Source: Syntrophorhabdaceae bacterium (GTDB lineage: Bacteria > Desulfobacterota > Syntrophorhabdia > Syntrophorhabdales > Syntrophorhabdaceae). From it: DNA of 64,000 bases. The stretch covers positions 32,001-96,000 of the forward strand of contig CAXXUO010000010.1 of NCBI GenBank assembly GCA_963666485.2. The letters are read 5' to 3'. Position 1 is the stretch's first letter. Every line of letters begins with the position of its first letter. Below are positions 56,375 to 64,000 of this stretch, piece by piece. The translations under genes and the position numbers were made by a program. The notes beneath the pieces are model-generated. The model was not told the origin of the DNA. It saw only the letters and a list, made by a program, of their open reading frames with translations, and searched no databases.

Positions 56375-57637
56375 TCAACCACCACCCCGTTTCCTCGTTC
56401 TCTTCAGGTAATCTTCGACCACGACCCTGCCCAGGTCGCCGGGAGAGGTAAAAAAGGCCCTCCCGGAGCTGCGCCTGGCAAGCCTTGAGGCAAGATCGGC
56501 CGTGTTCCTTGTCTCGTCCAGCATAATGATGTTGACAGTAATGCCGTTCATGCCGCATCGGCGGGCCTCTGCGATGACCCCGGGGGCGGCGCGTTCATAC
56601 CCCACGTAATTGCCGTTCTCGGTGTTCGGGGCCATATCGGTTATCACGTAAACCTGTTTTTCCCCGGTGAATGACCGTGTATCGTTCCTGAACTTTTTCA
56701 GGGCGGCAGCTATGTCCGTTACCGTGCCGGAGAATTCGTGATCATGCACCTGCCAGTACGGGATCTCCCGGACTGTTTGCGAAAAGACGTATATCTTGAG
56801 GATATCGCTCCCCGTTTTGCGGATCACCTCCGCCAGGGCGAGGCAGACGTCCCGGGCGGCCCTGAGCTTGTCCCCCTTCATGCTGCCGCTCGCATCGATC
56901 ATGAGCCCGTTCGCTATACGGGAGCTGACAATGTTCTCCCGGATGCGGACATCCTTCCCGGCGAACCTGACGGGAAAAGCCCGTTCTCTCTCGAGCGCGG
57001 CGAGGAGCGTCGCCTCGGCATCGATGCGTGAGAGGTCATCCCCGAATTCATACCTTCGCGACGTGAACCCTTCACTCGTCCCGAACCCCTCTTCGCCCGT
57101 GGGGTTCATGCCCGGCATGCCGGGGCTGATAGTGCGAAGTATTGTCTTGAGAATGTAGCCGGCGAGGCGCTTCGAACCCCGCGGCGTGAAGCGGTATGTG
57201 CCTTCGAGCACATCGATAAGCCCGGCATCCGCGAACGCCTTCAGGGCATCGATAACATCTCTTTCCTCGACCACGCTGCGGGACATATCCCCATCGGCAA
57301 CACGCTCTTCAAGGGAATAGCGGGAATCGCTGCCGAGATAACCGTCGACGAGCGCCCTGGTGTCGCCGCCATGCGCCAGCACGTCGAGAATATTGTCGAA
57401 GAGGTCGTCCCGCATCCGGGAAAGACTCGCGCGGCCGCCTCCCGATATGCGCGCGCTTTCCTGCCTGCGGCGGCGCGCAATGTCCCGGACCTGTTCGAAA
57501 AAACCATCGGCCTGGTGTCCTGCAAGCCCGGCAAGGGTTCGTGCGTCACGTGCCGGCATGTGGGCCATGTCGTAGAGTGCGCGGTTAAGGTGATCGTCAG
57601 GACGGGTGCACAGGCTGCAGCGGCCGGGCAGGTTCAT
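56375..57637 (-). CDS. VWA-domain protein
   Basis: MIDAS DASGSM, TDI..AL and ITD..PN; overlaps the ATPase stop codon. Confidence 0.85.
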   Translation of the reverse strand: MNLPGRCSLCTRPDDHLNRALYDMAHMPARDARTLAGLAGHQADGFFEQVRDIARRRRQESARISGGGRASLSRMRDDLFDNILDVLAHGGDTRALVDGYLGSDSRYSLEERVADGDMSRSVVEERDVIDALKAFADAGLIDVLEGTYRFTPRGSKRLAGYILKTILRTISPGMPGMNPTGEEGFGTSEGFTSRRYEFGDDLSRIDAEATLLAALERERAFPVRFAGKDVRIRENIVSSRIANGLMIDASGSMKGDKLRAARDVCLALAEVIRKTGSDILKIYVFSQTVREIPYWQVHDHEFSGTVTDIAAALKKFRNDTRSFTGEKQVYVITDMAPNTENGNYVGYERAAPGVIAEARRCGMNGITVNIIMLDETRNTADLASRLARRSSGRAFFTSPGDLGRVVVEDYLKRTRKRGGG

Positions 57638-59160
57638 GGAAGGCCCTGTGTCCAGGATATTTCCCGCGGTATGTACATGTTTGTATCCCCGGCTTCAAGC
57701 GTACCGGACACGATGAGGATATTCGCGATGAATTCCGCGCAGGTATTCACGTACTGGCCGCGGATATCGCTGTCACGTCCCGCGAGTTCTTCGATTCGCG
57801 TATCATGCAGGAATCTGCCCGGGTCGGCCGGGGACCGGCTTAAGCCTGCGATAATGTCCCGGGTCACCGGGGCGTTCTGCATGATGGCGTCCGGCCGGGC
57901 GTCGCGGGGCAGGCGCAGGATGCCCGCAAGCTCCGGGGCTGTGCGGGCGCCGTCCCATGATGGCGCCAACTCCTGCGCCATCGAGATGAGCGCGGTGCGC
58001 AAAAGATCGCCGGAGATCTCATCCACCCGACGATACGTTCCTGCCGGGTCGTCGATCTCGACGAGGTCGTCCCTGAGATGGACCCTCCCGCGCAGGGCCA
58101 GCCTCACGCCGTGCGCGGCATCCTCTATATTGGCTATCCGGGCGCTGCGCATGCATGCCGTTGAAAGCGTGTGGTCAAGGGCCCGCATGGTGCCGCGTAT
58201 GCTGGAGGCCCGTTCAAGCCAACGGCAGGCCCGGCTTTGCCGGACCGCGCGATTGATCATCGTGAGAAGCCACCAGGGGGCGAGCGGCAGCGTGTCATCG
58301 ACCGGGTCTTCCCGGGGGATCTCGACGGACGGTGCGGATATACGGGAGGGATCATGTCCCGGCCGGTCGCGCCCACTCATCATGATGCCGAGTTCGACGC
58401 CTTCATCGGGCAGATCGAGGTAGATGGTTTCCAGCCTGTCGACGAGCGGCCTCGGGACCTCGTTCACGTGCGAAAAGCCCTCGGGGTTCCCCGTGGCAAC
58501 GACGCACAGGTCGAGGGGATACTCCCAGCCGTACTCTTCGAGGACCGTTTTGCCTTCTTCGAGGACAGGATGAAGCAGGACCTGTACCTTTGTCCGGATG
58601 GCGGGCAGTTCATCGATGAAAAGTAGGCCCCTGTTTGCGCGGAAAACGCCCGTTCCGGTAAATGTCCGCGGGTCACCGGGGCTCATCCCCGACGCGATAG
58701 CCCCTATGTCCTTGAGGCCCAGAAGCTTCGCTTCGTTCGTATACTCGTTCCCCTGTATTCGCGAGAAACGTTCGGAGCCCGATATCCACTCGATACCGAA
58801 CTCTTTCACCGGGTCGTCGACCGAAGAACATCGCGGACACAACCTTTCCTTGTGCCACAGGGGGTCGTCATTGTACGGGCATCCCGCTATACGCGGGACG
58901 GGCGGGAGGAGGCTGATGATGGACCTCACGAGCCGTGTCTTCCCGGTGCCTTCTTCCGACACGAGGTAGGGATGGGACCCGGAAAGAAGGGCGCGGATAA
59001 CATCATCTTTGGCTTCCTTGCGTCCCTGAATGAGAGGGATGACGTCCTCTCCCCTTTTCATTCGCGCAAGAATGGCGTATCTTAATTGCTGGAATACGGA
59101 GAAGGAACGGTGCCTTTCCATGAGTTCGCCGGCAACGGTATCGGGGTATGTGAGGGCCAT
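57634..59160 (-). CDS. Mg-chelatase-like AAA+ ATPase
   Basis: EEGTGKT, GCPYNDDP, ANRGLLFIDELP, ATGNP and PLVDRL. Confidence 0.88.
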   Translation of the reverse strand: MALTYPDTVAGELMERHRSFSVFQQLRYAILARMKRGEDVIPLIQGRKEAKDDVIRALLSGSHPYLVSEEGTGKTRLVRSIISLLPPVPRIAGCPYNDDPLWHKERLCPRCSSVDDPVKEFGIEWISGSERFSRIQGNEYTNEAKLLGLKDIGAIASGMSPGDPRTFTGTGVFRANRGLLFIDELPAIRTKVQVLLHPVLEEGKTVLEEYGWEYPLDLCVVATGNPEGFSHVNEVPRPLVDRLETIYLDLPDEGVELGIMMSGRDRPGHDPSRISAPSVEIPREDPVDDTLPLAPWWLLTMINRAVRQSRACRWLERASSIRGTMRALDHTLSTACMRSARIANIEDAAHGVRLALRGRVHLRDDLVEIDDPAGTYRRVDEISGDLLRTALISMAQELAPSWDGARTAPELAGILRLPRDARPDAIMQNAPVTRDIIAGLSRSPADPGRFLHDTRIEELAGRDSDIRGQYVNTCAEFIANILIVSGTLEAGDTNMYIPREISWTQGLP

Positions 59161-59210
59161 ATCGTAAAGTACTCGTATATAATAACGGAAGAAAGACAGG
59201 TAATCAATCG

Positions 59211-59915
59211 GTGAGCACAGTTGCGGAACTTCTCGCCATGCCGGCAGTCCCCGCGATCATGACCGCCCTTGTCGCGTCCCCGTCCGGCGTGGAAGAGGCC
59301 TCGATCGTTACCGGGGGAGGGCCTGAAAATCTCGAAAATGCGCTCGCCGCATTGGCCCGGCATGGTTTTGTCACCCGCCATTCGGGGCGGGTCTTCCTGC
59401 CCCCCGGCGGCGACGCACTGGACAAAGCGCTCAAGGTGCTCGCTGTTTTTGAGGAGCTCAGGTCCTTCGCGGAAATATCATTCATGGTCCGCGGCGTCCT
59501 CGGGGCCACCGAATATTTCGAATGTCTCGTGCACAGGCAAACTTTGATATCCCTGCTCACCGGGGAAAATGTCGGGCGGGAGATGCTTGAGAACGTGCTT
59601 GCCGCCGAACAAAAACAGGGATACGTTGAAGAACTGGATATTGCATATCACACGCGCGGGAACCTGAGAGAGAAGTTTTTCCCGTACATTCCCCGCCATC
59701 ACTATGAGGATTTTGTCTTCATGCATTCACGGGCAGCAGGGGCCGCCGCCGATGAGGCGGACAGCAGCCTTGTGCATGAGCGTTACCTGCTCAGCCGCCA
59801 CCCGGCCTCACTTGCAGAGCAGGCGCGGCAGTACATGAGGGAAAAGAAGCCCCATATCCTGGACAGGGTCCGGAATGAGGCCTTTGATATTATCTGGTGG
59901 TTTGACCGGTACTGA
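59211..59915 (+). CDS. Hypothetical protein
   Basis: 234-aa ORF divergent from the AAA+ gene; normal codon usage. Confidence 0.7.
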   Translation: MSTVAELLAMPAVPAIMTALVASPSGVEEASIVTGGGPENLENALAALARHGFVTRHSGRVFLPPGGDALDKALKVLAVFEELRSFAEISFMVRGVLGATEYFECLVHRQTLISLLTGENVGREMLENVLAAEQKQGYVEELDIAYHTRGNLREKFFPYIPRHHYEDFVFMHSRAAGAAADEADSSLVHERYLLSRHPASLAEQARQYMREKKPHILDRVRNEAFDIIWWFDRY

Positions 59916-59921
59916 GGAACG

Positions 59922-60251
59922 TTATTTTTTGTTGTAGACGATGACGCGGCCGTCCTTATCGCGTTTTATCGTCATTTTTTTCCCTTCGAAGGATTCGATC
60001 GTATACGGGGTCTTTTTTCCATCCGAGGTTATAAGGACCAGTTTTTTGCCATCCACCGTGTAGGTGCCTTTTACCGTTATGTCCTTCATGACGAGGACAA
60101 ACGTGCCGTCGGCTTTGTGCTCGATGGTTGAAGCGATGCCGCCGAAATCATACGTCCATGTGCCCACGATGTCTTTCTTGTAGTCAGCGGCACAAGAGAT
60201 TGCTGCAATGAGAAGAAAAATGATCGAAAATACGGCTGCTCTTTTTTTCAT
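59922..60251 (-). CDS. Exported small beta-barrel (lipocalin-like) protein
   Basis: Signal peptide; IVGTW, ADGTF and GTYTVDG; SD AAGGAG. Confidence 0.75.
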   Translation of the reverse strand: MKKRAAVFSIIFLLIAAISCAADYKKDIVGTWTYDFGGIASTIEHKADGTFVLVMKDITVKGTYTVDGKKLVLITSDGKKTPYTIESFEGKKMTIKRDKDGRVIVYNKK

Positions 60252-60361
60252 CGGGTATCTCCTTCACTATAAAGTTATACGAGTTTCTGCGCATGATTAT
60301 ATAATCGTCCGGAAACGAGATCCCTGAAGTATTTTGTGGCGCTGCATTGACAAGGTGGGGG

Positions 60362-61222
60362 TTATTGCAGGTTTTTTGTGAATCGGGCAATTATTTCTTT
60401 TTCCTGCTTCCTGTAGGCTTCCGATTGCCTTATATGTTCAATGTTGTTCCAGATCTGGCGCGCCAGCGACGGGTACTTCCCGGTGAACTGGAATGACAGC
60501 ATAAGGTAGTAGGGTTTCTGATGGAAGGGCTTGCTGTTCACGCTGCATTTTTCGATCCGGTTCCTGAATTCCCTGTTCTTTTTGAAAATATAATCGGCAG
60601 TGGTTGTCTGGATGGCGGCGGCGGCAAAATATTTCTTGATAAGGCCGCGGAAGATCAGGCTGGGGTCATCGGGGACCTCGTTCACGGCCACCCCTATCTT
60701 TTTGAGGTCCTGCGTTATCGTGAATCCGGCCTGCGCCGCCACGGACCGATCACCAAGGTTGACCATTTCCGCCCCGTCCCAGCGGATACCTGTTCCTATC
60801 AATCGATAGAGGGAATACCCGGAGTTATGGATCCTCTTCGTAATATCGATGTCCGTATCCCGTGTAGATTCACTTGAGATCCCCGTTTTTGTCGGATATG
60901 CACCCATCGTGAGGCGGTCCGGCTTGAAGCTGGACCCGATAACGCCGTCGATGCTTCCTGAGCGCATCATGGCAAGACAGCGATTCCAGGGGTACGCCAC
61001 GAGAGTTATCTTGATGTTCATTTTTCTTTCAAGAAGCCGGATAAGCACTATATCGAGGCCTTCCGCCTTGCCGGCGTCGTCAAAGACCCAGGGGAAGGAA
61101 TTCGTGTCCTCATAGGCAAAAGTGAGGGAGGCCGGTTTTTCAGGGTCGGCCGAGGCCGCCCCGACGGACAGGAGGGTAAGAAAGGAAATGACAATGATCA
61201 GGAATATCGATCGATGATACAT
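60362..61222 (-). CDS. Periplasmic substrate-binding protein (family 3)
   Basis: FPW, G.D..L, PWNRCL..M..G..DG and SF..DR. Confidence 0.82.
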   Translation of the reverse strand: MYHRSIFLIIVISFLTLLSVGAASADPEKPASLTFAYEDTNSFPWVFDDAGKAEGLDIVLIRLLERKMNIKITLVAYPWNRCLAMMRSGSIDGVIGSSFKPDRLTMGAYPTKTGISSESTRDTDIDITKRIHNSGYSLYRLIGTGIRWDGAEMVNLGDRSVAAQAGFTITQDLKKIGVAVNEVPDDPSLIFRGLIKKYFAAAAIQTTTADYIFKKNREFRNRIEKCSVNSKPFHQKPYYLMLSFQFTGKYPSLARQIWNNIEHIRQSEAYRKQEKEIIARFTKNLQ

Positions 61223-61345
61223 TTTTGTCCCGTTCAATGATCTTCTCAAAAATACTGCATGTGTAAGACAAAGTCAAATATACAGTATACCGAATCTCCC
61301 TCTTCGGTTATATTCTTTGAAAGATATTGGGGTTTTTGTCAAGGA

Positions 61346-61675
61346 TCATTCCCGGTCTTCCATGATGACGAGGGCAGTCTGGCTGCCCAGGGAGAATGCC
61401 TCCTTGACCATCCCGCGGACCGTGAGTTTCTGGCCCGTTGCCGGCAATGTCTTTGATGTGATGATCGTTATCTCGCCCGTTTTGTCCTTCAACACAAAAT
61501 ACCTGAAGGCGATGAGAGAAAACACCTCGGTGACCTCGCCGGATACCGTCACCTCTTTTCCGGCATATCTTCTCGGATCACCCCGGATATCCCCGATCTT
61601 TGTCGGGAATAGACGGTCGCAGGATACAGATGCCAAAAAAACGAAGACAAAGAAAAAGATCGCATATTTTTTCAT
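61346..61675 (-). CDS. OB-fold lipoprotein
   Basis: Lipobox SVSC; YAGKEVTVSGEV and F.LKD.TGEI. Confidence 0.75.
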   Translation of the reverse strand: MKKYAIFFFVFVFLASVSCDRLFPTKIGDIRGDPRRYAGKEVTVSGEVTEVFSLIAFRYFVLKDKTGEITIITSKTLPATGQKLTVRGMVKEAFSLGSQTALVIMEDRE

Positions 61676-61856
61676 GGTAAGCTCCGGAATATACTGGGTC
61701 TCATCATGAGGAATATAAGACGCCCGCACCTTGCCCGTCCCGGGTGGTCACTTTATGTAGCCGGAATAAATGATATTTTGGGGATTTGCGTCAACTCGTT
61801 TCTTGAAACGAATTGCGGCGTGACATGAAACGTGCTAAAAAGTGCGGGGATACCAC

Positions 61857-62417
61857 ATGAAGATAGTGATCCGGGGCGGCAGTGTAGCGGCTGGTTACGG
61901 CGTTGAACACGGCTACGTAGACAGTATCAGGGACCATTTTGCCGGTGTCGAGGTCATCAACCGGTCGCGCTACAGGGAGACGACATTCGACGGGGTAGCC
62001 ACTTTTTTCCGGGACATCGAGGCTTTCCGTCCTGATCTCCTGCTGTTCAATTTCGGGGTCGACGACGCGTTCCAGGGCATATACCGTTCAGAATTCCAGG
62101 AAAACATGGTGCAGATGATCAGGCTTGCGCGCTCGCGTTTCAACCCGGTCATCGTTCTCGCGACGTCGCAATGTTTCGAAGACCCGTACGATATGAGCGC
62201 CGCCGGGATCTTTTACAGGTCTTTAAGGATCGTATCGAGGGACCTCGGTTGCCTGTTCATCCCTGTTCACTACCATTTTGCTTCCTACCTTGAAGACAAT
62301 GACCGGGAAATGAAGGACTTCGTGCAGCCGGACGCACGATATCCGAACGAAGCCGGCCACAAAGTGATCGCCGAAATAGTGATTGAAGGATTAAAAGAGG
62401 TTATCTCCCGCGCTTGA
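61857..62417 (+). CDS. SGNH/GDSL-family hydrolase
   Basis: GGSVAAG, FGVDD and D..YPNEAGH (variant blocks I, III and V). Confidence 0.8.
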   Translation: MKIVIRGGSVAAGYGVEHGYVDSIRDHFAGVEVINRSRYRETTFDGVATFFRDIEAFRPDLLLFNFGVDDAFQGIYRSEFQENMVQMIRLARSRFNPVIVLATSQCFEDPYDMSAAGIFYRSLRIVSRDLGCLFIPVHYHFASYLEDNDREMKDFVQPDARYPNEAGHKVIAEIVIEGLKEVISRA

Positions 62418-62432
62418 GCGGCTGCGGAATTA

Positions 62433-62975
62433 TTACGGGACCAGGATCGCCGCGGCTACGACCGTTGTCCATACATTCTTCTTCCCAATGGCCGTTTGCG
62501 TAATATTCCGCGTGTGAACGATCTCGTCGCTCAGCTTCCACAGGTCGAGCCGCTTATTGTAGCTTTCGTTCACGTCAAATTCCAGCCCGAGGATCGTCGC
62601 CAGCATCTGGGCCGCAATGTCTTCGGCATAATCGCCGGCGGTCTTATCGTCTTCGCCGTGGCTGTGATATTCCGACAGATAGCCGAAGCGATCACGGTCC
62701 TTCGGTATTGCGACACCGACCGAAGCTGCGACGAGCCTGTGATGTTCATTGGTTGACGCCTCAGCGAGGACTGCGTGCACGATCTGGCCGGGGATGAGGT
62801 TCTTCAACCCCTGTTTCACCGACACTATCTCGCATCGCGGGGGGAAAATGGAGGATACCTTGACTATATTAAAAGGAGCTATCTTTGCGTTACGCAATGC
62901 GAGCTCGAAGCTGACGAGCTTTTCCTTGTTCTGTCCGACCCCTTTTGTAAGGACAAGCTTGGTGGCAACAGACAT
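62433..62975 (-). CDS. pdaD: Pyruvoyl-dependent arginine decarboxylase
   Basis: SFELALR.A.I..FN.VKVSSIFPP (Ser-Ser cleavage site), GYLSE and WTTVVAAA. Confidence 0.9.
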   Translation of the reverse strand: MSVATKLVLTKGVGQNKEKLVSFELALRNAKIAPFNIVKVSSIFPPRCEIVSVKQGLKNLIPGQIVHAVLAEASTNEHHRLVAASVGVAIPKDRDRFGYLSEYHSHGEDDKTAGDYAEDIAAQMLATILGLEFDVNESYNKRLDLWKLSDEIVHTRNITQTAIGKKNVWTTVVAAAILVP

Positions 62976-63090
62976 ATCCTCTACTCCTTTCCGTATCTTA
63001 TTCATCTCCGGCAACAGGCAAGCATACCACGATATTGGTGCCGGTACAAGGCGGTGCGTTCAATTGGTGAAGACCGCCGTTGCTCACTCT

Positions 63091-63708
63091 TTATTTCTTG
63101 TCGAGCGCCTTGTTCCACGCATCGAGCTCGCTCTTGTGATCTGCCGCAAGCTTCGTGTAATCACCCTTGATCTCGATAGTCTTGATCGTGTCGCCCCTGA
63201 CGATGCTGTCGACCACCTTCTGGTCTTCAGGGCCGATCACTTCACCGAAAACGGTATGCCGGTTATCGAGATGCGGCGTCGGAACGTGCGTTATAAAGAA
63301 CTGGCTGCCGTTTGTCCCCGGCCCGGCGTTCGCCATAGAAAGTTTGCCCGGTTTATCGTGCCTGAGGTCCGGGGAAAACTCATCCTTGAACCTGTAACCG
63401 GGACCGCCGGTACCGGTGCCGAGCGGACAGCCGCCCTGTATCATGAATTGCGGGATGACCCTGTGGAAGGTGAGATTATCATAGAATCCCCTCTTTGAGA
63501 GGTTAACAAAGCTGAGCACGGTCAGGGGCGTCTGATCGGGGAAGAGGCGCAGGTTGATATCGCCTTTGCTGGTGTGTATGGTGGCAGTTAATTCCGGATA
63601 AGTTGAACTCATTTTCTTTTCTTCGCTCCCTTCTTTTGCATTAATACCGAGGCTGTATCCGGCCAGAAAAAAGACCGTCAGTATGATGAAGAATGCTTTC
63701 CTTTTCAT
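63091..63708 (-). CDS. Cyclophilin-type peptidyl-prolyl isomerase with signal peptide
   Basis: [29 protein letters not shown] and HTVFGEV. Confidence 0.95.
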   Translation of the reverse strand: MKRKAFFIILTVFFLAGYSLGINAKEGSEEKKMSSTYPELTATIHTSKGDINLRLFPDQTPLTVLSFVNLSKRGFYDNLTFHRVIPQFMIQGGCPLGTGTGGPGYRFKDEFSPDLRHDKPGKLSMANAGPGTNGSQFFITHVPTPHLDNRHTVFGEVIGPEDQKVVDSIVRGDTIKTIEIKGDYTKLAADHKSELDAWNKALDKK

Positions 63709-63790
63709 GGCCTTCACTTTTTTTGAGTGACATTATAACGGATTTTGCCGTGATTGCATATACCTAAAAACACGGGAAGGAAAAGGGAGG

Positions 63791-63824
63791 AAAATAAAAC
63801 CGGCAGGCCGATGCGGCCTGCCGG
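63791..63824 (-). terminator. Intrinsic terminator
   Basis: CCGGCAGGCCG-atg-CGGCCTGCCGG with a T-rich tail on the minus strand. Confidence 0.75.
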
Positions 63825-63847
63825 GCATTTTCAGGTACTGTGCAAGA

Positions 63848-64000
63848 TCAAGGTTTTTTCGGCGGGGTTTTCTTGGGTGCCGCTTTAGCATCCTTCTTTG
63901 CTGCCGCGGTCTTCGCCTTGGCAACCTGCTCCTCGAGCGCCTGGTTCTTCGCCTTGAGCGAATCCAACTCGGTCTTCAAGTGGCTTACTTCGGCCTTGAT
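63848..64000 (-). CDS. 3' end of a coiled-coil, Lys/Ala-tailed protein (partial)
   Basis: Open minus-strand frame IKAEVSHLKTELDSLKAKNQALEEQVAKAKTAAAKKDAKAAPKKTPPKKP*. Confidence 0.65.
   Translation of the reverse strand: MKAEVSHLKTELDSLKAKNQALEEQVAKAKTAAAKKDAKAAPKKTPPKKP

Noticed and set aside
57371..58423. Long antisense or alternate-frame ORFs (this 350-aa one, also 26937-27833, 24595-25341 and 48892-49659)
   Set aside because: These are shadow ORFs opposite well-supported genes in GC-rich DNA, with no recognisable motifs.
57634..59160. Photosynthetic Mg-chelatase subunit
   Set aside because: No bch/chl genes; the generic AAA+/VWA pairing explains it.
46760..64000. Intact prophage or integrative element at tRNA-Lys
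   Set aside because: No integrase, phage or conjugation genes, and no att duplication seen.

Overview
64 kb of bacterial chromosome, probably an anaerobic deltaproteobacterium (Desulfobacterota/Syntrophorhabdus-like). This is inferred from gene order, the split F0 atp operon and frequent sigma54 promoters. About 1-31 kb is mostly housekeeping: ampG, csp, nagA, ffh-rpsP-khpA-rimM-trmD-rplS-rnhB-yraN-larBC, tmk-holB-ricT-metG, efp, queD-folE2, uvrBC and atpZIBE. About 31-64 kb is accessory signalling, stress and exported-protein content around a tRNA-Lys(CTT). I found no integrase, transposase, CRISPR or rRNA. The main observations are: (1) seven intergenic elements built from 7-nt tandem repeats, six of them paired inverted arrays around a 39-57 nt spacer, where the heptamer differs between loci but the architecture is constant; (2) a selenocysteine peroxiredoxin missed by the ORF track (in-frame TGA at the catalytic site plus a SECIS-like hairpin); (3) a DUF294 nucleotidyltransferase with an N-terminal MshEN-type c-di-GMP motif on top of cNMP and CBS domains; (4) a putative local sigma54 regulon with a shared 17-bp enhancer palindrome; (5) a monocistronic rplC outside the S10 operon; (6) an LDH-like enzyme with the malate-type Arg102; (7) CGTC-type REP doublets. 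All product calls come from motif recognition by eye, not from database searches.
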